NCBI GenBank assembly: GCA_964519665.1 | Contig: CAZFIV010000008.1 | Span: 14,913-78,912, forward strand | Reading direction: 5' to 3' | Source of the DNA: an uncultured Myxococcales bacterium | GTDB taxonomy: Bacteria > Myxococcota > Kuafuiibacteriia > Kuafuiibacteriales > Kuafuiibacteriaceae | Length of the DNA: 64,000 nucleotides | Program-made: the position numbers and the translations under genes | Notes under the pieces: generated by a model | What the model was told of the DNA's origin: nothing | Databases searched by the model: none | What the model saw: the letters and a program-made list of their open reading frames with translations, nothing else | Shown: piece after piece, positions 55,382 to 64,000 of the stretch | Layout: each line of letters starts with the position of its first letter | Numbering within the stretch: position 1 is the stretch's first letter

Positions 55382-55636
55382 TCAGAAGACGCCGCCTAAG
55401 CTGATGAGCGGCGACGGTGCGCCGACCACCCCGGGATCGTCCGGTGCTTGGGTCTTCGTACGGAGCAACGGGATCGTCAAGCCCAACGCGGTCCCCAGGA
55501 ACGCACCCACGACGACGTCCGTCAGGAAGTGCTTGCCGGCGACGACCCGGGTCGTCCCAACGCCGATCGCCCCGAAGTCAGCCCAGCTGCACCGACGACC
55601 AATGCCCCATCTCGCACGGATGAAAGACCGGCTCAC
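55382..55636 (-). CDS. Small ORF with a PAP2 phosphatase motif-3-like segment (possible gene remnant)
   Basis: The segment RVVAGKHFLTDVVVGAFLG resembles the SRxxxxxHxxxD C3 motif of PAP2 enzymes, but motifs 1 and 2 are absent. A GTG start overlaps the upstream stop (GTGA). Confidence 0.3.
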   Translation of the reverse strand: MSRSFIRARWGIGRRCSWADFGAIGVGTTRVVAGKHFLTDVVVGAFLGTALGLTIPLLRTKTQAPDDPGVVGAPSPLISLGGVF

Positions 55637-57567
55637 GATGCCTCCAAAATCTTGGTGATCCGAAGCGCCATCGGATGGCTGAGGTCGGGCGTCTGGTCCA
55701 TGATCATCGCGGCCGCGCGAAACTCACCGTCCTCGGCCAGCGCCAGCGCCATGCAGAGCTTCAGTCGCCAATCGTAGGCGTTCAACTCGACCTGCTCCTG
55801 CAGCATCCCGAGGAGAGCGCGCGCGTCAGCCGCTCGCTGCCCATCCGGAGCCCGGATGACGTCGAGCACGCCGAAGTACGCGCTGAGGTCGCTGCGGGAA
55901 GGATCGAGTCGCTCGGCCCAGCTCAGCAGGAGCGTCGCTTCGCCGGTTCGACCCGCCCCCATCGCGCGCACGGCGCGGTCGACCTTCGGCTCCGCTTCGA
56001 CCGCCCGCCGCTCCCGATCGATGGGAGAGAGCTTCTCTCCACGCTCGACCAGATGTGCGTACCGACGCGCCGATTCTCCGTCTTTGAGGACTTCGTAGGC
56101 CTCGTGCAGCAGGTCGAGAACCGGGCCTGCGCCCTGTCGATCGATATCCTCTTCGAACCGTCGGACCAAGAACCGGTACGCTCGGTCGAGCTGAGCGGCG
56201 TCGGTATCCGCCGACACGCGGAGAATCTGGAAGTAGTTCTGCCCGAAGTACGGCGTCAGTCGGTCGCGTACCGCTACGTATTCTCGGTCGTGAGCGTTGC
56301 CTCCGACCGCGGCCTCGGTTCGAATCTGCGAGGTTACCCGAACGACCGGCGGACGGGTATCGATCGCGCCACTGCTACGCCGGTGCACGACCAATCCTTC
56401 CCCACCGCCAGCAACCCCTCCGGGCCCTCCGGACGGCGAACTCGGCGAGGCGGTGCCCGGCGGAGCCCGTTCGCTCGCCGACCACGCGGGCTCGGCGACC
56501 CCGGGAGATGCTGCTTCATCGACGTCGGCGGCCACGTTCGGCGACGATGGGAGCGCTCCGCCGGCGGACGCCAGCCCCGCGGCGGGACCGCTGGGCGCCG
56601 CGGTGGGCCGGACCGCCGAAGCGCCCGCCGGTGCGTCGAGGGGATCGCTCGGGGACGACGTCGCCTCGATCCGACGGCCTTGATGCCCGGATTTGGGGCC
56701 GCTCATCGAAGCCGAAGCCGAAGAAGCGGACGAAGTCGTGAGCCCGCGAGGCCGGCCCGCCTCGCGCAGGTCGACCATGTCGGTCAGATGAAGGGCGGTC
56801 AGCACCGCCGCCGCGCAGTCGGGCTCCAGCCCGGCTCGCTCGAGATCCGCGAGCCGCGCCGGAAAGTGCAGGGACTCCAACGCGGTCTCGACCGAAGGCC
56901 CCCATTCGAAGGGATCGACGTTCCGTGGATAGGTCGCCGAGAGAGTGAATCTGCTCTCGATGTGCTTGGCCAGGAAACGCTGAACCACCGACCGGTCGCG
57001 CGCGTGGCGCAAGCCTTCGTACACTATGGGCAAGGGCTGCAAAATGGTGAGGATGCCATCCTCCAGCGCTTGAATGCCTTCGACGAACCGAAACTCGATT
57101 GGGCCGGCGTCGAACAGCTTCACCAGCTGCCTACGGGCCCATCGAACTTGCGCCTGGTGCAAATCAACTTGCGATAAGAGCTCGGCGCGCCGGATCACGT
57201 CGGCCGCCGAATGGCCCGACGATTCGCCTTCCCGCAGGAGCTCGAGACCCGTATCCTCCCGGATGCGGTCCTCGCTGATGAGCAGCTGAATCAGTGAAAG
57301 CGGACCGTCGGGCAGATCGACCACGATCGGAACGCCGTCCCGGAAGTGGACGCGGTTTCTTGGCTCCGGATGAAGGAAAACATCGAGCCGCCCCGTGAGA
57401 TTGCCGCGCAGAATCCCCAGCAGCAGCTCGGCGAGCGGATAGGTTGCAAACGTCGCATCCAGCGTGCCGCCCGGACGGATACTCTCAATCTTGGGCATGG
57501 TACGTCGTCGACCGGCCGCCGGCTCTCGACGGCCCATCTCCTTTGCTCGCTGCGCAGCTCCGCCCAA
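55633..57567 (-). CDS. DUF4388-like domain protein with a degenerate J-domain and C-terminal TPR repeats (paralogue of 27299-29479, lacking the receiver)
   Basis: The N-terminal block is GTLDATFATYPLAELLLGILRGNLTGRLDV. The J-like helix pair is NYFQILRVSADTDAAQLDRAYRFLVRRFEED, with no HPD. A Ser/Pro/Ala-rich linker and TPR-like repeats follow at the C-terminus. The start may be the Met at 57498. Confidence 0.75.
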   Translation of the reverse strand: MGGAAQRAKEMGRREPAAGRRRTMPKIESIRPGGTLDATFATYPLAELLLGILRGNLTGRLDVFLHPEPRNRVHFRDGVPIVVDLPDGPLSLIQLLISEDRIREDTGLELLREGESSGHSAADVIRRAELLSQVDLHQAQVRWARRQLVKLFDAGPIEFRFVEGIQALEDGILTILQPLPIVYEGLRHARDRSVVQRFLAKHIESRFTLSATYPRNVDPFEWGPSVETALESLHFPARLADLERAGLEPDCAAAVLTALHLTDMVDLREAGRPRGLTTSSASSASASMSGPKSGHQGRRIEATSSPSDPLDAPAGASAVRPTAAPSGPAAGLASAGGALPSSPNVAADVDEAASPGVAEPAWSASERAPPGTASPSSPSGGPGGVAGGGEGLVVHRRSSGAIDTRPPVVRVTSQIRTEAAVGGNAHDREYVAVRDRLTPYFGQNYFQILRVSADTDAAQLDRAYRFLVRRFEEDIDRQGAGPVLDLLHEAYEVLKDGESARRYAHLVERGEKLSPIDRERRAVEAEPKVDRAVRAMGAGRTGEATLLLSWAERLDPSRSDLSAYFGVLDVIRAPDGQRAADARALLGMLQEQVELNAYDWRLKLCMALALAEDGEFRAAAMIMDQTPDLSHPMALRITKILEAS

Positions 57568-57761
57568 GACGGAGCAGCGCCGGTTCTGCGCAATCGGGTC
57601 TCTTCAGCCACGATATCACATCCCGATGCTTCGGAAGACGGTCGACCAAGGCCGTCCGGGCGACCTCACCGACCGCATCGGACCCATCGTGCAGAAGATC
57701 AAAGACGTCGGGTTCTTCGCGTTCGTGAACCCGATGACCGTTGCCCTCGTCGGCCGGAGCC

Positions 57762-58505
57762 TCAACCCAGAGGTCCGGCAGCCTTCGGATGTGTCGTGGG
57801 GATTGGGGGCTCGAGTTCCAGGAACGCCCAAAGCTTCGAATCCATGAGCGACTCGACCACCAGGTCGGCCCCCGCCGCCAAGAGCGCGTCTCGGTGGCGG
57901 GAGCCCGCCAAGACTCCGATCGCCCGAGCTCCGGCCGCGTGTGCAGCGGCGACGTCTTTTTCGGTGTCCCCGAGCACGACGATCTCATCGGGCACGAACC
58001 GCCGGTTGTACCGCTGTTCGGCGATCGTTTGCCCGCGCTCGATGCCACGGCGCACCAGCTCTGTGCGGTCACTGGCGTCGGACCCGTATCCGCCGAAATC
58101 GAAGAGCGACCAGAGTCCGCCGTGAGAGAGCTTGAGCTCCGCCCCCGCCTCGACGTTGCCGGTCGCCAAGCCGACCGCATATCGACCGGCGCTCCGAGCG
58201 GCCAAGGGGAGGGCTTCGGCACCCGGAAGGACCGTGTACTCGGGCCCCGAATTCTCCAGTTCGATCTCCAGCTCCGCCAGATAGGCCCCGATGACTCGAC
58301 GCCACTCGTCGTCGCCCGCCAGCGGCCGCCCCAAGTGCTGCCGAAATGCGTCGTCGAGGATGACCGGGTCGGTGCTACCGTGTAGGCGCACGCCTTTCAG
58401 GGCACCATCGACGCCCGCTACCTTGTGAATCGCCGTGCTCAGAGCGCGTCGGCCGGCACCTCCCGTGTCTACGAGGGTCCCGTCGATATCGAATAACAGC
58501 AACAT
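57762..58505 (-). CDS. HAD-superfamily hydrolase (phosphoglycolate phosphatase-like)
   Basis: Motif I is MLLLFDIDGTLVDT. Motif III or IV VLGDTEKDVAAAHAAGA is also present. Confidence 0.8.
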   Translation of the reverse strand: MLLLFDIDGTLVDTGGAGRRALSTAIHKVAGVDGALKGVRLHGSTDPVILDDAFRQHLGRPLAGDDEWRRVIGAYLAELEIELENSGPEYTVLPGAEALPLAARSAGRYAVGLATGNVEAGAELKLSHGGLWSLFDFGGYGSDASDRTELVRRGIERGQTIAEQRYNRRFVPDEIVVLGDTEKDVAAAHAAGARAIGVLAGSRHRDALLAAGADLVVESLMDSKLWAFLELEPPIPTTHPKAAGPLG

Positions 58506-58720
58506 GCTTCATCTCCTGGTGGTCCGTTGAGATCGGACCGCTGAGGCCGTCCGGGTGCGCTCGACGGCCCAGCTCGGCAAGCGGCCTTCGAAAGCCCAGC
58601 GGGGCTGCGCACGGGCTGGGCTCCACCCAACGCCCTCCGCCGCCCCGCCCGGCCCTCCGAACGCTCGCCGGGGGCGCCCGTGTGTTTTCGCTGGTCGGCG
58701 CTGCATGACCAGGAAAGGCC

Positions 58721-60061
58721 TCATGACGTTGAATCTTGATCCTTCGCGGATGCTTCGACCTCAGCGCTAGACTCTTCGGAGCTGGACTCGACCTCATCGC
58801 CTGACTCGACTTCGCGGCGGACCACACCGGGGGACGCATCGGCGTTCGGGGGCCCATCGGCGGTTGGAGCGTCCGTCTCCGGCGATTCGAGGTCCGAGGA
58901 TTCGGACGCGGCCGAGACTTCGGACGAAGGCGCGAGCACCCCGCCCGACGGCACCCACGAGACCGGAACGCCCGCCGCATCGGCGCTCGGACCCGGCAAC
59001 TCGGTCGCCGCCCGGAACCCGTGCGCGCGTGAGCTCGCGATTGAGAGATCGACACCCTCAGGCTCCTCGGGCTGCTCCAATGGAAGGTCGAGGACCGTTC
59101 GGAGGCCGGGGGCCATCGATACCACCACGGAGACCGCGGACAGAACCGTGGCCACGGTACATTGGTCCCCTGGAAGCTCCCCTTCAAAGTGCAGAGGAGG
59201 TTCTCCCACGATATCGATCGTATCACGGGGTTCGGGCTCATCGACCGCGATGATCAGTTCGAGCGTGATGACTTCCCGGTCGCCGCGATAGCCACGAGCG
59301 ACCTGATGAATGCCACGGACCCGGCCCGAGGGCACCGCTCCGATCGTGGAGGTCGTGGGACTGGCCGCGAGCACCGGCGTGAACACCTCAGCCGTCTTAT
59401 CCAACGGAACGCCGACCCCCCGGGCGATCAACTTCAGCGAGGCGGCCAAACCCACGTGGCCCACGTGGCCATGTCGAATCGCCTCACTGAAGCCGTGGGG
59501 AGTAAGGCCCACGCCCGCCTTCTGCTGCAGCTGGGCCCGTCGAGTTCCGGCATCCACGAAGCGGGCGACGCGGATTCGCCGAATGTTCCGGGTCGCTTGG
59601 GCGAGCACGACCGGCAGCCGATCCATCGCGAACCCTGGATTGACGCCCGTCGCGAGCACCACGACGCCCGCCCCGCGGGCTCGGTCGTCGAAATCGGCCG
59701 CCAGCTGACCGCGGCCCAGGTCGGGGTCGACCAGATTTTCGCAGGTGGTCAGCACGTGGGCGCCCTGAGCGACGCAGGCGTCCAAGATCGGAGCCACCGT
59801 TTCGATGTCGGTCTCAGTGCACACGACGGCGACCTCCGGTCGCGCGCGCGCCAACATGCCCTCCGCGGTGGACTCGATCGGAAGGCCCAGGCGCCCCTCG
59901 CCAATGAGCTCTCCGAGGTCGCGTCCCGCTTTCATGGGGTCGGAATCGGCGATTCCTACGAGCTTGACCCGCGGATCTTCCAGGGCCGCCCGGGCCACTT
60001 CCTGCCCGACCCAACCCAGGCCGACGATCCCGAACCGGATCCGCTCCTTCAGCCGCCCCAT
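58721..60061 (-). CDS. NAD(P)-binding dehydrogenase (DapB-N/dihydrodipicolinate-reductase-like fold) with an acidic Ser/Glu-rich C-terminal tail
   Basis: A Rossmann motif is present (IRFGIVGLGWVGQEV). The catalytic part is about 330 aa. The tail ...SSEVSAASESSDLESPETD...EVESSSEESSAEVEASAKDQDSTS is low-complexity. Confidence 0.65.
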   Translation of the reverse strand: MGRLKERIRFGIVGLGWVGQEVARAALEDPRVKLVGIADSDPMKAGRDLGELIGEGRLGLPIESTAEGMLARARPEVAVVCTETDIETVAPILDACVAQGAHVLTTCENLVDPDLGRGQLAADFDDRARGAGVVVLATGVNPGFAMDRLPVVLAQATRNIRRIRVARFVDAGTRRAQLQQKAGVGLTPHGFSEAIRHGHVGHVGLAASLKLIARGVGVPLDKTAEVFTPVLAASPTTSTIGAVPSGRVRGIHQVARGYRGDREVITLELIIAVDEPEPRDTIDIVGEPPLHFEGELPGDQCTVATVLSAVSVVVSMAPGLRTVLDLPLEQPEEPEGVDLSIASSRAHGFRAATELPGPSADAAGVPVSWVPSGGVLAPSSEVSAASESSDLESPETDAPTADGPPNADASPGVVRREVESGDEVESSSEESSAEVEASAKDQDSTS

Positions 60062-60197
60062 CGCGCCGAGGCTAACCCGATGTGGGCACGCCGACCATGG
60101 TGCGATCGCCGGCGAGCCGGCCTTGACGTTCGTCCCTCTTCCGATGAGCGTACGGGCCGTGCCGAGCCAAGCCTATGGGTCCGAAGAGACCTCCCGC

Positions 60198-60240
60198 GTC
60201 TCGGCCAATGTCTCGGCCAATGTCTCGGCCAACGTCTGGG
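60198..60240. repeat. Tandem 12-bp repeat (gtctcggccaat x3.5) in a divergent intergenic region
   Basis: The copies are gtctcggccaat / gtctcggccaat / gtctcggccaac / gtctggg, read directly. The repeat lies between the minus-strand dehydrogenase start (60061) and the plus-strand ORF at 60519. Confidence 0.85.
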
Positions 60241-60518
60241 CTGGTCGGGAGGTCGCACCCGCGCAGCCCATACCCGACGGCGCCTCGCCGACTCCGGGAC
60301 CCGAATCGAGTGACCGTGCCCCCCATCAGCCGGCACTCTCGCCCGCCCACCTTCGTCAGGCCGTGATGTTTGCCGTTTCACCGATGACGCGGTTGTGGGT
60401 CGCGACGACCCTGGGGCTGGGTGGCGCATTCTTGGGGGTGGCGCTCTTTCGCAGCTTGGGCGCGGTTCTGATGTCGCTCGAACACCGTGCCCTCGAGGCG
60501 CTCTTGCTGCCCTGACCC

Positions 60519-61094
60519 ATGATTGCCTTCGAGATGTTAGTGGCGGAACCAGCGATGCTCGCGCTGGTCGTCGCGGGGGTTGGATTCGCGCTGGTCGTCG
60601 TACTGCTGGCCGCCCGGGCCCAACAGCGTCTCGACGAGCAGAGTCAGTTGCTGCTCGGCCTCGCCTTGACGGGCCGAGCTGACGAAGCACGAATTCAGGC
60701 CCGGCAAAACCCCCGCGACCTCGGTCCCATGTTGTCGGCCTTGGGCGGTCGACTGACTCCACCGTCCCCCCGGCCCGTGGCGCGGGACCTCGTCGCGGTG
60801 ATCGGCGTTTCGACCTTCCCGCTCCTCGCCGTAGTTGGAGGGTGGCAAGCCTCACTGTCACCGAGCGCTGGCGCCCGCGTGACGGGGATAGCCGCGAGTT
60901 TCGCCGCTTTCGCAGTCCTGCTGCCCACCGCGGTGGCGGCGACGACGCTCGTGATCAGCCTCGGACGCCGAGCCGCCCGCGTCGTTCGCGGGGCCGCGGT
61001 TCAGCTCTTGGCGAGAGGCGTCAAGGCGGCCGTCGACGCCGAGCTGCTCGACAACCTTCGACGGAGATCCTCGCGCGACCCGCGAGGCGAGTGA
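60519..61094 (+). CDS. Hypothetical membrane protein
   Basis: The 191-aa product has 3-4 TM helices. Its stop is 3 bp before the next ORF. Confidence 0.5.
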   Translation: MIAFEMLVAEPAMLALVVAGVGFALVVVLLAARAQQRLDEQSQLLLGLALTGRADEARIQARQNPRDLGPMLSALGGRLTPPSPRPVARDLVAVIGVSTFPLLAVVGGWQASLSPSAGARVTGIAASFAAFAVLLPTAVAATTLVISLGRRAARVVRGAAVQLLARGVKAAVDAELLDNLRRRSSRDPRGE

Positions 61095-61097
61095 GCC

Positions 61098-62573
61098 ATG
61101 GTCGAATCGATGGCCTGGGGGATCGTCGCCCTCATCGTTCTGCTGGCGCTTTCTCAGAGCCTCGTCGAGTGGAGCACCCTGCGACGACTGGTGATCCTCG
61201 CCGATCGGCCGGATCGTCTTCACCGGGCCATTCGTTCACTCGGCAACCCCTACCGCCGCGTGTTCAGTACCTTCGTCGACAGTCATGAGCGCGCGGCATC
61301 GATCGACGAAGCCTTGGCGAGAGCGCTCGTCCAGGGCGCTCAGTCTCCATTTTCGGCCCCGCTGTTCTTTCATATCTTCGCCGTCATACTGACCGTGGGC
61401 GCCATCTTCGCCCCGGCCGTCTCGGCTCTCTTGCAAGCAGCCACGACGGTGGTCGAATTATTCGACGAAGGTCGGACTCAGTCCGTGCGCTCTCGGTACC
61501 TATACGGCGCCACCGGTTTGCATCCGGCGTTCGTCGAGCTCGGCGAGGCGTTCGAGACCACGGCCTGGCTCACCGCTGCTCTCGCGGTGGCGTGGGCCCT
61601 TCGGTGGTGGCTCCTGCGCCCCGAGGTCCGCGAAGCCCGCCTGACCCGTGCCCTGATCGAATGCGCCGGACGCATGAAACCCGGCGCCAGTGCACCGGTC
61701 AGCACCCGGCTGGCGGAGCTCATCGCGCCCGACCGGGGCCTTGCCCGCCCCGTTCTGGCGACGGCAATGTGGACCGTTGCCGTCACGGTCGGTTGGCTCG
61801 CCCTGATCGGGGGCGCACAGATTCGAATCGCGAGCCAGCGGCCGCGCCCCTTCGCGGTCTGGCCACCGGAGAGCGCGCGGCGAATCGAGATCTACCACGG
61901 GGTGGTGCTGCCCCGGGCTCACGCCGGAGCGCCGCTCGTGCGGACGGAAAGACCCTCCCTGACTTTCGGCCCGTCGGAGGTCTTTTTTCACAACGTTTCG
62001 ATGATGCGGCTGGTCGACGGTCGTACGCCCGCCAACTGGGCCGAGTCCGCCCCCGAACTCGCGCGGAGCCTCGCTGATTTTCCGCGCCCCCTCGAAGTGA
62101 CCGTCCTGGCCCACCGATCGGTGAAACTCGACGTCGTGGTGCCCGTGTTGCGCCGACTGGCCGCCCGATACGACATCGCCAAGTACCACCTGATTCTCGA
62201 GCGCGACGTCGGCACTCCGGACGGAGGCCGTTTGCAATCTGTCCTGCCGCTCGAAGTCCGATCGGAACGGGAGTCAACGCTGCTGAAGATGCACATCGAG
62301 GCGACCGGGGTCCAGATTTCGCCGACGGGGGCCTTCGTTCCCTTCGAGTCGAAGGACTGGCGCACCGACCTTCGAGACGAGATCCGGGCGTCGCCGGCTC
62401 TTCGGGAGAGCCCGCAGGCGCCGGTCGTTGCCCTCGCGGTGGGTTCCGAGATGCTGGCCCAAGGCGACTATCGGCGCCTCATTGGCGCTATGAGCGCGGC
62501 GGACTCCTCGTGCGCCGATCGCTTCGATTGCGGGCTCCCCGGCCTCGGGCTCCGGTTCACCATCGCGCCTTAG
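61098..62573 (+). CDS. Hypothetical membrane protein
   Basis: The 491-aa product has N-terminal TM helices and a large soluble C-terminal domain. There are no recognisable motifs. Confidence 0.5.
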   Translation: MVESMAWGIVALIVLLALSQSLVEWSTLRRLVILADRPDRLHRAIRSLGNPYRRVFSTFVDSHERAASIDEALARALVQGAQSPFSAPLFFHIFAVILTVGAIFAPAVSALLQAATTVVELFDEGRTQSVRSRYLYGATGLHPAFVELGEAFETTAWLTAALAVAWALRWWLLRPEVREARLTRALIECAGRMKPGASAPVSTRLAELIAPDRGLARPVLATAMWTVAVTVGWLALIGGAQIRIASQRPRPFAVWPPESARRIEIYHGVVLPRAHAGAPLVRTERPSLTFGPSEVFFHNVSMMRLVDGRTPANWAESAPELARSLADFPRPLEVTVLAHRSVKLDVVVPVLRRLAARYDIAKYHLILERDVGTPDGGRLQSVLPLEVRSERESTLLKMHIEATGVQISPTGAFVPFESKDWRTDLRDEIRASPALRESPQAPVVALAVGSEMLAQGDYRRLIGAMSAADSSCADRFDCGLPGLGLRFTIAP

Positions 62574-63373
62574 GCGTCATCCAGGTACTTCCAGTCGGTC
62601 AGGATGTCGTACCCGGTCGCGGTGACGAGCACGGTGTGCTCAAACTGGGCCGACAGCCGTCCGTCCTGAGTCCGGACCGTCCAGCGATCGAGAGGGTCGA
62701 GCACCGTCTCGTGGGTGCCCAGATTGATCATGGGTTCCACTGTGAAAATCATGCCTTCGCGCAAGCGAAGGGTGGGCCCCGGGTTCCGCCAATGGGGAAT
62801 CTGGGGCGCTTCGTGAAAGCTCCGGCCGATGCCATGTCCGACGTACTCCCGAACCACTCCGTAGCCAAACTGCTCAGCGTACGTCTGAATGGCGACACCA
62901 ATATCGCGAACCCGGCTCTTCGGCTTGATGGTCTCGATACCGCGGTACATGCAGGACCAGGTCACTTCGACGAGCTGCTGCGCTTCCGGGCTCACTTCGC
63001 CTACCAGAAAGGTCCGCGAGGTATCGCCGTGAAAGCCATCAAGGATGCTAGTGACATCGATATTGATAATGTCGCCGTCGCGGAGAATCTCGTCGCGACT
63101 CGGAATACCGTGACAAATGACATCATTCAGCGAGGTGCAGACGGACTTCGGGAAGGGCGGAATGCCCCGGTCCGGGTCCTCACCGTAGTTGAGCGGCGCC
63201 GGCGTAGCACCATGATCGAGGGTGTACTGATGAACCGCTTCGTTGATCTCTTCGGTCGAAATGCCGGGCTTGACCAGCTCGCCGGCCATCCGAAGCGTCC
63301 GGGCGGCGAGCTTGCACGCCTCCCGCATGGCGTCGATTTCGGCGGCACTCTTGACGATCGGATGCTTACTCAC
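62570..63373 (-). CDS. map: Methionine aminopeptidase type I
   Basis: Family motifs are FHGDTSRTFLVGEVS, metal ligands in the D...D...H...E...E pattern, and HGIGRSFHE. The GTG at 63373 is preceded by a GGAGG RBS with a 5-nt spacer, so the track ORF starting at 63412 is an overcall. Confidence 0.9.
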   Translation of the reverse strand: MSKHPIVKSAAEIDAMREACKLAARTLRMAGELVKPGISTEEINEAVHQYTLDHGATPAPLNYGEDPDRGIPPFPKSVCTSLNDVICHGIPSRDEILRDGDIINIDVTSILDGFHGDTSRTFLVGEVSPEAQQLVEVTWSCMYRGIETIKPKSRVRDIGVAIQTYAEQFGYGVVREYVGHGIGRSFHEAPQIPHWRNPGPTLRLREGMIFTVEPMINLGTHETVLDPLDRWTVRTQDGRLSAQFEHTVLVTATGYDILTDWKYLDDA

Positions 63374-63717
63374 GTGAGCCTCCACAGTAGCCACTACCAC
63401 CCACAACGACAATCTGTACTCACCACCGACCGTTGATTTGGCGGTACCATGCTGCGGTGAGCGACGAGCGGGAGGACCAGCAAGCCAAGCGGAGAGTGCG
63501 CCAAGCGAGCGGGGCCGGAGATGACGACGACGCCCAGCCCGCGTCGAAGCACCCGCAAGCGCCGTCCGATCAGGCCTCAGCGAGTGTGAGCGATGGGTGC
63601 GACGGCGCCCGAGCCGAGCTCGACAGGCACACGAGACGCGCCGTCGATCATCGCTTCGTGGCTACCCAGCGAGTCCGGTGGCCGGAGAAAAACCCGCAAA
63701 TAGAGAGGAAGGCTACC

Positions 63718-64000
63718 TTGCGCCAAGATAGCCACACCGTCGCGAACCCGGACTCATCGCCCCCCGCTTCAGCGGACGAGCCCTCCCGCGACGACGCGTT
63801 CGCGGGCTCTTCGATACAGCCGCAGAACGCGCTCCCCGCGGACGCGTCCCTATACGACCGATTGGAGCAAACCGATGAACCCGGAGAGCTCGATGAAGTG
63901 CGAGCGCAGCTCGAAGCGGCCCTTTGGAATGACGGGACCGAGCCGTCGGCTGCACCCGCCCTCATCGAAGATACCCTGAATCGTTCGTCCGGCCACCCAT
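63718..64000 (+). CDS. Partial ORF running off the window end (hypothetical, Asp/Glu/Pro-rich N-terminus)
   Basis: A TTG at 63718 lies 6 nt after the RBS GAGAGGAAGG. The frame is open to 64000 and GC3 is high. Confidence 0.3.
   Translation, partial: MRQDSHTVANPDSSPPASADEPSRDDAFAGSSIQPQNALPADASLYDRLEQTDEPGELDEVRAQLEAALWNDGTEPSAAPALIEDTLNRSSGHP

Noticed and set aside
62510-63436. A 308-aa plus-strand ORF.
   Set aside because: It is antisense to, and fully overlaps, the clearly recognisable map gene.
1-64000. CRISPR arrays, tRNA/rRNA genes and mobile elements (transposase, integrase, phage genes).
   Set aside because: There are no regularly spaced direct repeats of 25-40 bp, no cloverleaf-compatible segments with GTTC-type T-loops in the intergenic regions I inspected, and no transposase, integrase or recombinase motifs in any frame.

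Overview
This is a 64 kb, roughly 68% GC chromosomal segment from a signalling-rich bacterium. I infer a Myxococcota-type organism from the combination of three eukaryotic-like Ser/Thr kinases, a dual-FHA protein, an MglA-family GTPase, PilT, many TPR proteins and polytopic hybrid histidine kinases. Coding density is high on both strands, and I call about 50 CDS. I found no rRNA, tRNA, CRISPR array, transposase or integrase. The many long R/A/P-rich ORFs in the six-frame track that overlap the real genes are typical high-GC artefacts.

Housekeeping genes I recognise directly are etfB and etfA, RNase G, PilT, RecX, leucyl aminopeptidase PepA, the B12-dependent class II ribonucleotide reductase NrdJ, a UbiB/ABC1 kinase, methionine aminopeptidase, a ParA-like ATPase, a YihY/BrkB protein, an SppA (S49) peptidase and an IDH/IMDH-family dehydrogenase.

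The features most worth a second look are:
- an MglA paralogue with a long Pro-rich plus coiled-coil C-terminal extension, preceded by a HEAT-repeat protein rather than MglB and followed 640 bp later by pilT;
- two paralogous proteins with a DUF4388-like domain, a degenerate J-domain and TPR repeats, one of them with an N-terminal receiver;
- a dCache-HAMP receptor whose output is a Pro-rich linker plus an unrecognised C-terminal domain;
- a tandem pair of polytopic hybrid histidine kinases;
- a GluR0-like ligand-gated K+ channel;
- a roughly 175-nt long-stem inverted-repeat element (candidate ncRNA) between etfA and the kinases;
- several short in-frame or intergenic tandem repeats.
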